A stretch of DNA of 64,000 bases from Bdellovibrionales bacterium (GCA_965200875.1 OZ241456.1:96001-160000); one strand, 5' to 3'; numbered from the stretch's first letter, positions 1 to 10,458 are shown. Program-made: numbers and translations. The notes: generated by a model from the sequence alone, not told the origin.

Positions 1-332
1 TTTTGAAACAAAAAAACCTCAAAGGGTTTCGTCCTTAAAAAATCAGACACCCACCCCTTCATTTGCTCCAAAGAAATCCCGGCCTGAACTTGAGCCAACC
101 AACACAAAGCCTGTTTTTTTCCCTTTGTCACACGAACACGATCAAAATCCTCCTGAGGCTTAGCTGTCTTTCCCTTAAGTAGATCCTTTTCCACTTGATA
201 AAGGAAAAAACTTCTTCCCACATCACTAGGCCAAAGCGTCCCATCCGCGTCAAAGGTCGCAAAAAGAGACTCTTTTCGACTTTCTAAGGTTTTTTCCAAT
301 TGGTATTTTATTTTCTCCAAAACCAGTTTCAT
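1..332 (-). CDS. HAD-superfamily hydrolase, N-terminal part (runs off window start)
   Basis: Not in ORF track; hand translation from ATG at 332 gives MKLVLEK...FATFDADGTLWPSDVG...ALCWLAQVQAG..., open to position 1; HAD motif I DxDGT. Confidence 0.75.
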   Translation of the reverse strand, partial: MKLVLEKIKYQLEKTLESRKESLFATFDADGTLWPSDVGRSFFLYQVEKDLLKGKTAKPQEDFDRVRVTKGKKQALCWLAQVQAGISLEQMKGWVSDFLRTKPFEVFLFQ

Positions 333-360
333 TTTTTTCTCACTTTATTATCTTTTTTTA

Positions 361-1008
361 TTAAGGGGATTGATACAAAATAACAGAAGAGGGAGGAGAA
401 AACAAAAAAGACAAAAGCCATACTCCCAAAGCCAAAATCAAAATCAAACCCAACAACAAATACAGCACTTTCCAGGGTTTTGCGGAAAAAGACATATTTT
501 CCAGACTATCTGGAAAAGGCCTTTTTGCAAGCCAGTCACAATATTGCAAAGCTTTAATTTTTTTCTCAGAGGGGTTCAAAGTTTTCTTAGTTTTCTTTTT
601 CTCAGATTGACCTTCCCCGAAAAAAAAATTCCCGCCAGTCCGACTTAACTCGTCCCCTAAAAGCAAAAGCCCCTCTGTCAAACGATAGGAAAGATCTTCT
701 GGCTGAACTTTCAAAAACCAAGAAACCTTTTCCGAGGGATATTTTAAAACTCCACATAACACCACTGATAATACTTCTTCATAAGAACAGTTTTTGCAAA
801 AAGTTTTCCAGGAAAAAAGCGCGCTTTTCTTATTTGCCGGCCCTTCCCTATTTTTTTCAAAAACCTGCTTGCTTTTTTGAATAAACCAGCTAGGAAGTCC
901 TTTATTTTCCCGAAAAGGAAAATGATTTTTTTTTAAAAACAAGATGCTAGGTTTTTCCTCACAAGCCAAAAGAAAATAAACGATTTTTTTTAACAACTGA
1001 TTATCCAA
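361..1008 (-). CDS. hypothetical protein with C-terminal transmembrane helix; central segment weakly resembles a sigma region-4 HTH
   Basis: 215-aa ORF directly downstream of mreB; hydrophobic C-terminus VLYLLLGLILILALGVWLLSFLF. Confidence 0.6.
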   Translation of the reverse strand: MDNQLLKKIVYFLLACEEKPSILFLKKNHFPFRENKGLPSWFIQKSKQVFEKNREGPANKKSALFSWKTFCKNCSYEEVLSVVLCGVLKYPSEKVSWFLKVQPEDLSYRLTEGLLLLGDELSRTGGNFFFGEGQSEKKKTKKTLNPSEKKIKALQYCDWLAKRPFPDSLENMSFSAKPWKVLYLLLGLILILALGVWLLSFLFSPPSSVILYQSP

Positions 1009-1017
1009 ATAAAAACA

Positions 1018-2058
1018 TTAAGTGATGGTCAGTTCCCGGAGAAGAGCCAGCTGATCCAATACCTGCCCTGCGCCAAGAACCACACAGGAAAGTGGACTTT
1101 CCGCCCCGGAAACCGGAAGCCCCGTTTTTTCTCTGAGCAAAACATCTAGATTATTCAGCAAAGCTCCTCCTCCTGTCAAAATAACTCCATTGTCCACAAT
1201 ATCTGCGGCCAGCTCCGGGGGTGTCTTCTCCAAAGCCATTTTAACCGCATTCACCACTTCATTAAGACTGTCCTTTAAAGACTCATTAATCTGAACATTG
1301 GTGATCTTAATTGTTTTAGGTGCTCCCATCATAGTATCCCGACCTTTGATCTCCATTGTCTTTTCTTCTGAACCGGGATCAGCTGTTCCAATATTGATTT
1401 TTATATTTTCGGCTGTTCTCTCTCCAATCAAAAGATTTTTTTGCCGGCGAACATAATTAATAATGGCTTCATCAAATTTATCTCCTGCCACCTTAATGGA
1501 CTCACAATGAACAATGCCATTTAAGGAAATAACAGCAATACCTGTGGTTCCCCCTCCAATATCTACAATCATACTTCCTCTGGCTTCTGTAATGGGAAGT
1601 CCCGCTCCAATCGCCGCCGCCATAGGTTCTTCAATAAGGTACACCTCCCGCGCTCCGGCAGAATACGCAGATTCCTTTACCGCTTTTTTTTCCACTTGTG
1701 TAATTCCAAAAGGCACACAGATAATAATACGAGGACGAATAAGGCGCCTAGAAGGAGTGGAAGATCGAGCAATAAAATATTTAAGCATTTTTTGTGTAAT
1801 TTCAAAGTTGGCTATCACTCCATCTTTAATGGGACGAATAGCTTTTATGCTTCCTGGCGTACGACCCAGCATAAATTTGGCTTCCCGACCCACAGCCAAT
1901 ACTTCATCTTCTCCACTCACAGTTTTTTTGACAGCCACTACGGAAGGTTCATTTAAAATAATTCCATGTCCTTTGGCATACACCAAAGTATTGGCTGTCC
2001 CTAAGTCAATAGCCAGATCTTGTGAAAAATAGTCACTTACCCGATTAAAAAAGTTCAC
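1018..2058 (-). CDS. mreB: rod shape-determining protein MreB
   Basis: DLAIDLGTANT, EEPMAAAIGAG, DIGGGTT, LTGGGALL motifs; start placed at GTG 2058 (AGAGAG upstream) rather than the ORF-track TTG 2142. Confidence 0.97.
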   Translation of the reverse strand: MNFFNRVSDYFSQDLAIDLGTANTLVYAKGHGIILNEPSVVAVKKTVSGEDEVLAVGREAKFMLGRTPGSIKAIRPIKDGVIANFEITQKMLKYFIARSSTPSRRLIRPRIIICVPFGITQVEKKAVKESAYSAGAREVYLIEEPMAAAIGAGLPITEARGSMIVDIGGGTTGIAVISLNGIVHCESIKVAGDKFDEAIINYVRRQKNLLIGERTAENIKINIGTADPGSEEKTMEIKGRDTMMGAPKTIKITNVQINESLKDSLNEVVNAVKMALEKTPPELAADIVDNGVILTGGGALLNNLDVLLREKTGLPVSGAESPLSCVVLGAGQVLDQLALLRELTIT

Positions 2059-2293
2059 ATCTGATACTCTCTGATTTAAAGTTTTCTTTACAAGCTCTCC
2101 CTTTAAGGCAGGTATGAAAAACCCTCTTCCCCTTAAAGGCAAAAGTCACACCCGGCTCTAATTTAATTTTTTACTGCTTTTATGAAGAAAAGTCTAATTT
2201 TTAAATACCGTGGTCTAAAAGCTTTTCATTTAACTCTCCATCACGGACAACTGTTTATGATTTTATGCAACGCATCCTTAATAGAAAACCTCT

Positions 2294-2926
2294 TTAAAGT
2301 AGCCTCTTATTATTTGTCATCTGAAACTGCCTCATGGAAATATTCTGATTAAACCGGATATTAGAGAAAGTGTATTCTTCTGTATTTTCTGAGTTTTTCC
2401 ATTCAAGCCAGATCTTTAAAATCAACCCTCCATCCACTTTCACAGAAAAAGATTTAATGTCAGAGCTTTTTACAGGTTCAAAATCCAAAACCCATGTTCT
2501 TCCTTTGGAGCGAGAGGAAATAAACCGAAATTTTTGAAAAAATATATCCGAAGAAAACAAAAAAGAAAGCAGATGTTTATTTTGTTCCGCTGTATTCAAG
2601 TTGATTTGTTCAATTTGCTCTTTTGCGCCGGAAGGGGACACAATATACCACAGATGATTTCCATCAAACAAAATCCGGGTGTTTAAAAGATCAGCCACTT
2701 TTAAAACAAAAGAACCTTTTGACATCAAAATCTCTCCCTTAGATTTTTTGGTTTTTTGGAGCAATTTCAAATAAATCTGTTTTTCAAAGTTCATTCTTAC
2801 ACCTTTGTTCTGCGTGTATTTATGAACAATTTTTTTAAAATCTGGAGAAGAAATAGAAACCCCATCCGCTGAAAACAAAAAAACGCTGGATAAAAGAACC
2901 CAAAATCCGAAAAAAAGCATTTTCAT
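2294..2926 (-). CDS. lolA: outer-membrane lipoprotein carrier LolA-like protein
   Basis: Signal-peptide-like start, 'FEKQ...SKGEI', 'FDGNHLWY' and 'YTFSNIRFN' pattern of the LolA fold; start chosen at ATG 2926. Confidence 0.7.
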   Translation of the reverse strand: MKMLFFGFWVLLSSVFLFSADGVSISSPDFKKIVHKYTQNKGVRMNFEKQIYLKLLQKTKKSKGEILMSKGSFVLKVADLLNTRILFDGNHLWYIVSPSGAKEQIEQINLNTAEQNKHLLSFLFSSDIFFQKFRFISSRSKGRTWVLDFEPVKSSDIKSFSVKVDGGLILKIWLEWKNSENTEEYTFSNIRFNQNISMRQFQMTNNKRLL

Positions 2927-2966
2927 CCGCTCGTTATAGATAGGGGGAAAATAAAATTCAAGATTT

Positions 2967-3638
2967 TTATACTTTTTCTGTTTTTTCAAAGCGAAACGCC
3001 AAAGTAAAAATCATAAACTCCTTTGGGGCTTTCAAGGCTGAATAAACGGCCTGAGCCGTGGCACCTGTGGTTAAAACATCATCCACAAAAATAATTTTTT
3101 CATTCTGCTTTAAAAAATTTTTTTCTCGTAAATAAAACCGCATTTCTTTTCTTTCCTGTCGATTTTTTTGTTTTTGCATGGAGGTTTTAAAAGAAACCCT
3201 TAAAAGCGGGTTTTTTAAAGGCAAGCCGGAAAAACGAGCTAGTGCGTCTGCCAGACAAAAAGCGTGATCCCGCAAACAATACAAAGGATGGGGAGGAGCC
3301 GGGACCAACACAGAAGAAAAAGGCAGGGAAGTTACCTGAAAAGCTCGATTTAAAAATTCCAAAATCAGTTTATTAAAAATAAAGGACGGTCCGCCTTTTT
3401 TTAAACTATTTAAAAAAAGACGAATAAAAAAATCATTTTCCTCACTCCAATTAAAAAGTCGAAAATGAATCAAACTATCCTGCTCCCGGATCATATCCTC
3501 AGGAGGAAGATAAAAACTTTTTAATTTTTTCCAACAATCAGAACAAAGCCAAGCCACAGGAGGCAGAGCTGACTTACACACAGAGCAGTTTCTAAACCAA
3601 AAAGAGATATGTTCCCGCTTTTGCCAAATTCCTAGCAT
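2967..3638 (-). CDS. comF: ComF-family phosphoribosyltransferase-like protein
   Basis: N-terminal CxxC...CxxC zinc ribbon; PRPP motif FVDDVLTTGATA. Confidence 0.85.
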   Translation of the reverse strand: MLGIWQKREHISFWFRNCSVCKSALPPVAWLCSDCWKKLKSFYLPPEDMIREQDSLIHFRLFNWSEENDFFIRLFLNSLKKGGPSFIFNKLILEFLNRAFQVTSLPFSSVLVPAPPHPLYCLRDHAFCLADALARFSGLPLKNPLLRVSFKTSMQKQKNRQERKEMRFYLREKNFLKQNEKIIFVDDVLTTGATAQAVYSALKAPKEFMIFTLAFRFEKTEKV

Positions 3639-3708
3639 AATTCATTACTCCTTGTTATCGATTCTTACCCTCTTTTATGCAAAAATCGGACCAAATAAGG
3701 GAGCTAAT

Positions 3709-4443
3709 TCATTTTTTTTGAAAAAAACCGGCCAAAAAAATGGAAACTTCATAAAGAACCACCAAAGGAAGCCCCAACAAAAACAAACTCAACACATCCG
3801 GGGGAGTAATAAGAGCCGAAAACGCGGATAAAATGACTATAGCATGACGACGGTATTTCTTTAACATTTCCAAAGAGATAATATTCCACCTGCAAAGAAA
3901 AACCAAAATCAGTGGCATTTCAAACACCATACCAAAAACCAAAATAAACCGGATAATAAAAGACAAATAATTTTTAATGGTGATAAAAGGTTTATCCACT
4001 CCTCCGCCAAAGCTCATAAACAGAGAAAACACCAGAGGAAGTGCCACAAAGTACGCAAAGCTCGCGCCCAATAAAAATAAACCCGTTCCCGTAACCCAAA
4101 ACCCCAAAAAAAAATTTTTCTCTTTTTTATAAAGACCTGGAGAGATAAACCGCCAAAACTGATTTAACCAATAGGGGCTGGAAAGTAAAATGGCAGAAAA
4201 AAAAGCCACCTGAAAATGAGCCAAAACATTATCCGCCGGAGCCGTAAAGATAAGCGCGCCATTTGTATCTTTTAAAAAAGGTTTAAGAGGGTGTTTTAGA
4301 AAACTCAATATTTGCTCACTGAAAAACCAACAAAACATAAAAGCCGGCAAAAGGCTTAAAAGGCTTTTCAAAAGTCTTATACGAAGTTCGGTGAGATGCT
4401 CCATGAGAGAAGAGCTTTTTTCCCGATTAACCAGAAATCCCAC
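3709..4443 (-). CDS. tatC: twin-arginine translocase subunit TatC
   Basis: EHLTELRIRL, FISPGLY, FEMP, ITPPD motifs; multiple TM helices. Confidence 0.95.
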   Translation of the reverse strand: MGFLVNREKSSSLMEHLTELRIRLLKSLLSLLPAFMFCWFFSEQILSFLKHPLKPFLKDTNGALIFTAPADNVLAHFQVAFFSAILLSSPYWLNQFWRFISPGLYKKEKNFFLGFWVTGTGLFLLGASFAYFVALPLVFSLFMSFGGGVDKPFITIKNYLSFIIRFILVFGMVFEMPLILVFLCRWNIISLEMLKKYRRHAIVILSAFSALITPPDVLSLFLLGLPLVVLYEVSIFLAGFFQKK

Positions 4444-4517
4444 CTTTGTTTTTTAATATATCCACATATTTTTTCTTGGTATAATCTGGAAATATAACTT
4501 TCATCTCTTTCATAACC

Positions 4518-4733
4518 TTAATGAAACTCAGAAGATTTTTTGAGGTCTTGATCTTTTGATGTATCTTTTTCAGACATTAAATTCCATTCTCTCTTAAGCC
4601 TTTGAAAAATCCTTTTCATTTCATAAATCAATCGGGCCAAAGCCTGAGCAATTTTAGGAAGTTCCTTAGGCCCGAATAAAACCAAAATCAGTAAAAAAAT
4701 CACAAACAATTCCAGAGTTCCCATTCCCGGCAT
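4518..4733 (-). CDS. tatB: Tat translocase TatA/TatB-family subunit (probably TatB)
   Basis: Single TM then 'FGPKELP' hinge and amphipathic helix; upstream of tatC. Confidence 0.75.
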   Translation of the reverse strand: MPGMGTLELFVIFLLILVLFGPKELPKIAQALARLIYEMKRIFQRLKREWNLMSEKDTSKDQDLKKSSEFH

Positions 4734-4747
4734 ATTTTTATTTTCTC

Positions 4748-5350
4748 CTAATGAGAGTGATTCTTCCAGCTTTTTTTAAAAGGAATATTAATACCTTGAT
4801 TTATCAGATCACGGGCCAATGGACGAGAACCTGTTTCCATATATTGATCCAACATAGAAAGCAAATCCCCTGGCCGACGAAAAGAGTCTTTTTTCCGAAT
4901 CTGTAGAAAAACAAAAACTAAATCGGAAAAACGAAAAGATAGCTCTTCAAACATTTCCTTATTTTGAAAGTCAGAGAGGCTTTTATATGCTTCACGACCC
5001 ATGTTCATATAATAATCCACCGACACCATTTTTTTTCTTAAAGACTCCTGAAAAAAACCGCTGATATATAAACTGGTATCCCCCATCTTCTTTAAATTGT
5101 TTTTCAAAGAAATATCAGAATGATGACTGTTTAAATACAACTCCGCCAAGGTTTTTAATTGTTTTTTACCGGAGGAGTTTACTGTAAACAGATGATCGGA
5201 AAAAACATAAAATTGCAAAAGCTCACATAAATAATTTTTCACCGGTAAAGACACCTGAATACCGGTTTTGTTCAAACCCTCCTTTACCAGAGAATGAAAA
5301 AATTCTGATGAACATTTTAAAACCGACAACTTTGACATAAAGTGCCCCAC
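4748..5350 (-). CDS. conserved hypothetical protein
   Basis: 200-aa ORF co-oriented with tatBC; 'GDTSLYISGFF...YYMNMGREAY' segment. Confidence 0.7.
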   Translation of the reverse strand: MGHFMSKLSVLKCSSEFFHSLVKEGLNKTGIQVSLPVKNYLCELLQFYVFSDHLFTVNSSGKKQLKTLAELYLNSHHSDISLKNNLKKMGDTSLYISGFFQESLRKKMVSVDYYMNMGREAYKSLSDFQNKEMFEELSFRFSDLVFVFLQIRKKDSFRRPGDLLSMLDQYMETGSRPLARDLINQGINIPFKKSWKNHSH

Positions 5351-5535
5351 CTTATTTATCCGATGTTTTTACTCTCCCTTTCAAAGCTCATTTTATATAA
5401 CTATAACAGAAAAAAAGAATTTTTTCAAAACCAGAAAAGAATCCGGCTGGTTTTTAATCCCTTTTCCGCCAAAGAAAGTCAGGCTACGACTTCCGGTTTG
5501 ATTTCTTCAAGCCTTTATACTACCCTGAAAATCCC

Positions 5536-6714
5536 ATGAGCCTTTCTTGTTATATTCATATTCCTTACTGCCTCCAAAAATGTCTTTACTGTGATTTTAC
5601 CACTTTTACACAAGATAAACTTCCGCCCCCGGAAGTTTATACAAACTGGGTGAAACAGGAGATAGATCATCGTCATCAGGGTATTCCAGAAAGAAACTTG
5701 ATCAGTATTTACTTTGGAGGTGGCACTCCAAGCCTCATTCCCGCCCGAAATATCACCTCTCTCATCAATCATTTAAAAAATTATTTTCTGTTTCATCCTC
5801 ATATTGAAATCAGTCTTGAAATTAATCCTGGCACTCTCACTGAAAGATCTTTACACACCTATTTATCCGCCGGAGTAAACCGTTTCAGTGTAGGGGTTCA
5901 AACCTTTCGGGAAGATTTGCTTAAAAAATTTAACCGGGAGCATTCTGCTCAGCAAACAAAAGAGAGCTTAAGACTGCTCCAGAAAAACAAAGTGATATTT
6001 TCCGCAGATCTGCTGTTTGCTCTCAATCACCAAACCAAAAAGAATCTTCAACAGGATATAGATCTTTTACTTTCTTATAATCCCCATCATCTCAGTGCTT
6101 ATTATCTCACCTTACCGATAAACCATATCCTGCAAAAAAACAGACCAGCTGAATCTTTACAGCTGGAAATGTTTTATCAAATTCAATCCTCTCTCAAACA
6201 AGCCGGTTTTGATCATTATGAAATCTCCAACTTTGCCCGAAAAAAATTTTACTCCAGACACAACCTAGCTTATTGGCAATATAAAAATTATTGGGGGCTT
6301 GGACTAAGCGCGCACTCCTTTTTAAGGCTGAAAAACCAAAGAGTACGTTTTTGGAATCCAAAAAGCTTAAGTTTATATTCTAAACAGGTAAAAAAAGTCC
6401 CTTCAGATCTTCCTTTTTCCTGTTTGCCGGCAGAACAAAAAGAAATTCTTTTACCCCATGAAGCCCTGACAGATTTTTGCCACACAGCTTTAAGAACCCG
6501 GTGGGGAATTTCTTTAAAGAAATTAAAACTCCTCTTTGATCAAAAAACTTCAGAACTGGTGTTGAAAAAACTAAAAGACCTGAAGAAAAAAAATTGGATA
6601 AAAGAGGAAAATGAAAACTGGTGCCTGCCTTTTTCCTCTTGGCTTATCAGCAATCATATCTTCCGGGAAATCACTTTCTTGAAAGAAGATCTCATCGAAC
6701 TGAACAAACTTTAA
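5536..6714 (+). CDS. hemW: radical SAM heme chaperone HemW (HemN-like)
   Basis: YIHIPYCLQKCLYCDF (CxxxCxxC), FGGGTPS, YEISNFA, HNLAYW. Confidence 0.92.
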   Translation: MSLSCYIHIPYCLQKCLYCDFTTFTQDKLPPPEVYTNWVKQEIDHRHQGIPERNLISIYFGGGTPSLIPARNITSLINHLKNYFLFHPHIEISLEINPGTLTERSLHTYLSAGVNRFSVGVQTFREDLLKKFNREHSAQQTKESLRLLQKNKVIFSADLLFALNHQTKKNLQQDIDLLLSYNPHHLSAYYLTLPINHILQKNRPAESLQLEMFYQIQSSLKQAGFDHYEISNFARKKFYSRHNLAYWQYKNYWGLGLSAHSFLRLKNQRVRFWNPKSLSLYSKQVKKVPSDLPFSCLPAEQKEILLPHEALTDFCHTALRTRWGISLKKLKLLFDQKTSELVLKKLKDLKKKNWIKEENENWCLPFSSWLISNHIFREITFLKEDLIELNKL

Positions 6715-6819
6715 AGCTTTTACCCTCAAAGCATAGACAAATCACAAAAACACTTGATTTTCTCTCCCCTGACAGGGAAAATAACCTAAAACCAGCCCTT
6801 CATCTCAGGAGATAAGCAA

Positions 6820-7491
6820 ATGCCAAAAACTCGCCCAAAGCCAAGAAAGATGCGAAAAAAAAAATCTGGAGATAACTCCCCTTCAAAGGTCAAGGGGCCT
6901 TCTGAAATAAAAAATTCTTCTGCTTTTCCGGAAGAAAAAAAAATCGAGGATAACAAAAAATCAAGTACAAAGGCTGAAACAAAAGAAACCCCTCAAAAAC
7001 CTTTTTCTTCGCCTGCGGAACAAAAATGGAAAGAGCAGTATGAAGTTTTAAACAAAAAATATCATTTCCTGATGGCAGATTATGCCAATTACAAAAAAAA
7101 CTGTTTAAAGGAAATGAACAATTTGCGAAAATATGGAGGTGAGCATTTAATTAAACAAATTCTCTCTTCAGTAATGGACAATTTCGATCGAGCCTTGGAA
7201 AAAAAACCAAACACACAAAATATAGATGATTTTCAAAAAGGGATTGTTATGATTTATGAAAATCTTAAAAACCTCTTACAGGAAAATGGAATTAAAGAAA
7301 TGGAATGCCAAGGTAAACCTTTTGATCCTGTTTTTCATTACGCCCTAGATTCCGCGCCCAGTGAAGAAATACCCCCGGAACATATTTTACAGGTAATCAA
7401 AAAAGCCTATTTTTTCCATGATAAACTGATTCGTCCGGCAGAAGTGATTGTGGCCCGAAAACACTCAAAAGACCCTCCATCAAAAAAATAA
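6820..7491 (+). CDS. grpE: nucleotide exchange factor GrpE
   Basis: ADYANYKK, DNFDRAL, FDPVFHYA, IRPAEVIV. Confidence 0.93.
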   Translation: MPKTRPKPRKMRKKKSGDNSPSKVKGPSEIKNSSAFPEEKKIEDNKKSSTKAETKETPQKPFSSPAEQKWKEQYEVLNKKYHFLMADYANYKKNCLKEMNNLRKYGGEHLIKQILSSVMDNFDRALEKKPNTQNIDDFQKGIVMIYENLKNLLQENGIKEMECQGKPFDPVFHYALDSAPSEEIPPEHILQVIKKAYFFHDKLIRPAEVIVARKHSKDPPSKK

Positions 7492-7501
7492 AGGACAGCT
7501 T

Positions 7502-8449
7502 GTGAGTGAAAAAAAAAATTATTATCAAGTTTTAAAAGTTTCCCCTCTTGCAAGCCTGCCCACGATCAAAAAGTCTTATCGGAAGCTTGTGCAAATTCAT
7601 CACCCGGATAAAAATCCCAATGATCCCAAAGCCGAAGAAACCTTTAAAGCCATCAACGAAGCTTATGAAGTGTTAAGTGACACCTTTAAAAGAAAGGATT
7701 TCGATCGACAGATAAAAAAAGAAAAAGAAGCCACAGAAAAAAAAAGGGCCACACCCATTTACAGGTACGATTCCTTCCACACTCCTTTTGATGAAAGACC
7801 TAGTGAAGGATTAGGATCTGCCTCTTCTGCCCCTCCGGGAGATATCTCTAAAAATTTTACAGGGCGAAAGTCAGTTTCTGATCAAATCTGCGGAACAGTG
7901 GAAATTTCTCTGGAAGAAGCCACTTTGGGATGTGAAAAAAAAATTTCCGGGAAAATCCTCCGAAACAGAACTTTACAAACAACAAACTTCACGGTTCATA
8001 TTCCTCCTGGGGTCGAAGAAACACAAAAAATAAAACTTAAGTCGCATAAAAAGTTAAAAAACTTATATGTGTCCATTGCCTATAAAAAACACCCTCTGTT
8101 CAAAAAGGATGAAAAAAACATATTAATGAACCTGCCCATTCCTTTTACAAAAGCCATTCTAGGGGGCCGAGTGGAAATTCCCACTTTAAGAGGTAAAATT
8201 TCCTTTAACCTCCCACCTGGAGTACATGCAGGCCATATCATTCAGTTAAAAAATCAGGGCTTTCCATCTCTCACCGAGCACCGGAAAAGAGGAAATATGT
8301 TGATCAGCTTACTTATTGATGTCCCTTCCAATTTATCTGAAGAAGAAAAAACAGAAATAAAGAAACTCAAAAATAAAGATCTTTTATGTCCAAAAGTTGC
8401 TGAATTTGATATAAAAGCAAAACTGCTTCTCAAAAAAAGGCAAAAATGA
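7502..8449 (+). CDS. DnaJ-class (type II, no Zn finger) co-chaperone
   Basis: J domain with HPD; DnaJ C-terminal domain (AILGGRVEIPTL); no CxxCxGxG repeats; GTG start at 7502. Confidence 0.85.
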   Translation: MSEKKNYYQVLKVSPLASLPTIKKSYRKLVQIHHPDKNPNDPKAEETFKAINEAYEVLSDTFKRKDFDRQIKKEKEATEKKRATPIYRYDSFHTPFDERPSEGLGSASSAPPGDISKNFTGRKSVSDQICGTVEISLEEATLGCEKKISGKILRNRTLQTTNFTVHIPPGVEETQKIKLKSHKKLKNLYVSIAYKKHPLFKKDEKNILMNLPIPFTKAILGGRVEIPTLRGKISFNLPPGVHAGHIIQLKNQGFPSLTEHRKRGNMLISLLIDVPSNLSEEEKTEIKKLKNKDLLCPKVAEFDIKAKLLLKKRQK

Positions 8450-10458
8450 AAACAACTCTTCTTTTATTTTTTCTATTTTACCCGTCCTGTACCCTGCTCT
8501 CCAAACTAAAAAACCCCTCTGAAAAAAAAACACCCCTCAAATCCGAAGTTATAAAGCCACAAAAAAAGAAACAATCTTTGGAATCTCAAATTGTCACTAA
8601 AGCCAAAAAGCAGATATTATCCAGACCTTTAACGGAAAAACAGGTAAAAAACCTGAAAAAAATTTTAAAAGCCAAACAGTCTGCGCGCTCCAAAGAACCT
8701 CTCAGAATGATTCTGGGCCAACACTTTTTTAAAAAATCCTCCCACAAAATCGCCTTGTCTTATTATTCCCAAGTCACCAAGCAACCCTGGAAAACCAAAG
8801 CTCTTTTGCAAAAAGCAAAAATTTATTACCAGAAAAACAAGCCCAAAAAAGCTCTTCATTTTATTGAGCTTTTTTTGGAAGAAGATCCTGCCACTCCAGA
8901 TCTTTTAGTGAAGGCTTATTTGCTGAAGCTGGCTCTTATCTCCAACAACTCCTCCCCTGACGATATGGAATTATTAAAAATTTATTGCCATATACTCCAC
9001 CACAAAAATGAAAAAACCTCTATCTACAAAGAAAAAGCAAAGAACCTTGTTTTCAGGATAAAAAAAGCTCACTTGCTGGACATCAAATCAGAGGATTTTA
9101 TTAAACCTGTTCAAGATCTTGTGTTTTTCCGTGTCGGAAAAATTTTGTTTCACAGAGGAAAATTCAAAAAAGCGGGTGTTTATTTTAAAAAGTTTTTACG
9201 AATTTCCACGGAAAGCACTCTGGAAGAAAAAACCTTAAAATATCTTCAAGCTATTGAATCTCGGAAAAAGGTAAACCGAAGACATATTGGAGCTGTTTTT
9301 CCTCTTAGTGGACCTTCCGCCCATATTGGAAAAAGAAGCCTGAACGGATTAAAAATGGGATTGGGGTTTTATGTAAACAAGGAAAGCCATTTTCAACTCA
9401 CAGTTTTAGATAGCCAAGGACAACCGGATAAAGCCCGCAAAGCCGTTCAAACATTGGTGACAAAACATCATGTCATAGCCATTGTGGGGGGGGTGTTAAG
9501 CAATACCGCCAAGGCCCTGGCCGAAGAAACAGAGAATTTTGGTGTACCCGCTATATTAATGTCACAAAAATCAGAGCTTACAAAAACCGGTCGCTATATT
9601 TTTCAAAATGGCCTAACTTCAGCCCTTTCCGCCAGAATACTGACCGATTATCTGATTAATGAACTGAATATCAAAAATTTTGCCATTTTATATCCCAATG
9701 ACCCTTATGGAGTGGATTACGCCAACGCTTTTTGGTCCGCCGTGGAACGAAAAGGAGGGAAAATAACGGGAGTGCAATTCTACAAGCCCGGCGAAACCGA
9801 CTTTAACGAACCTATAAGACGATTAACCGGCCTCTATTACTTAAAAGACAGAGTAAAAGAATATAAAGATAACCTAGAGTCTTGGTATTTAAAACAGTCT
9901 TATGTGTCCAAAAGAAAGGCTCCTCCTTTGGAAAGTCTTTTAATGCCAGTAGTGAATTTTGAAGTTTTATTCATCCCCGATTCCTTAAAAACCTTAAGTC
10001 TTATCGCCCCTCATATTGCTTATAACGACATAAAAAATATAAAACTAGCCGGACCTTCCTTATGGAATCAAAAAAATTTTTTTAAAAAACACTTAAAGTA
10101 CATGGATAATATTGTTTTTCCAGATCCTGGTTTATCCACAGATAAATTTAAAAAAACACATTTTTACAAACAATTCAGTGAGATATTTCATCAAACCCCA
10201 GGGCTTTTCGAAGTCCTAGCTTATGAATCCGCTCTTGCACTGAATCAGGTTATTTCCAGTGGAGCTGATACCCGTAGTGAACTGCGAAAAGATTTGGCAA
10301 GCCTTAAAAGTTTTCATGGACCTATGGGGGAAACAGTTATTTCTCCGAAAAGAGAATTTTTACGACCCATAAACATTTTAAAACTGAAAAATAATATTTT
10401 ACTCCCGGTTAAAACCCCAGCTATGAATCAAAATAACACCCCACAAAAAACCATTTAA
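8446..10458 (+). CDS. LpoA/LppC-like penicillin-binding-protein activator lipoprotein (TPR-like + periplasmic-binding-protein domain)
   Basis: Short signal peptide ending in Cys; helical N-half; IGAVFPLSG, AILYPNDPYG, FIPD motifs. Confidence 0.75.
   Translation: MKTTLLLFFLFYPSCTLLSKLKNPSEKKTPLKSEVIKPQKKKQSLESQIVTKAKKQILSRPLTEKQVKNLKKILKAKQSARSKEPLRMILGQHFFKKSSHKIALSYYSQVTKQPWKTKALLQKAKIYYQKNKPKKALHFIELFLEEDPATPDLLVKAYLLKLALISNNSSPDDMELLKIYCHILHHKNEKTSIYKEKAKNLVFRIKKAHLLDIKSEDFIKPVQDLVFFRVGKILFHRGKFKKAGVYFKKFLRISTESTLEEKTLKYLQAIESRKKVNRRHIGAVFPLSGPSAHIGKRSLNGLKMGLGFYVNKESHFQLTVLDSQGQPDKARKAVQTLVTKHHVIAIVGGVLSNTAKALAEETENFGVPAILMSQKSELTKTGRYIFQNGLTSALSARILTDYLINELNIKNFAILYPNDPYGVDYANAFWSAVERKGGKITGVQFYKPGETDFNEPIRRLTGLYYLKDRVKEYKDNLESWYLKQSYVSKRKAPPLESLLMPVVNFEVLFIPDSLKTLSLIAPHIAYNDIKNIKLAGPSLWNQKNFFKKHLKYMDNIVFPDPGLSTDKFKKTHFYKQFSEIFHQTPGLFEVLAYESALALNQVISSGADTRSELRKDLASLKSFHGPMGETVISPKREFLRPINILKLKNNILLPVKTPAMNQNNTPQKTI

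Noticed and set aside
5338..5366. Sigma-28-like TAAAG...TCCGAT upstream of hemW
   Set aside because: Spacer is 17 nt and the motif overlaps the start of the divergent gene
5427..5454. AAAACCAG...CTGGTTTT inverted repeat in a divergent intergenic region
   Set aside because: Short, A/T-run driven and single copy; could be chance
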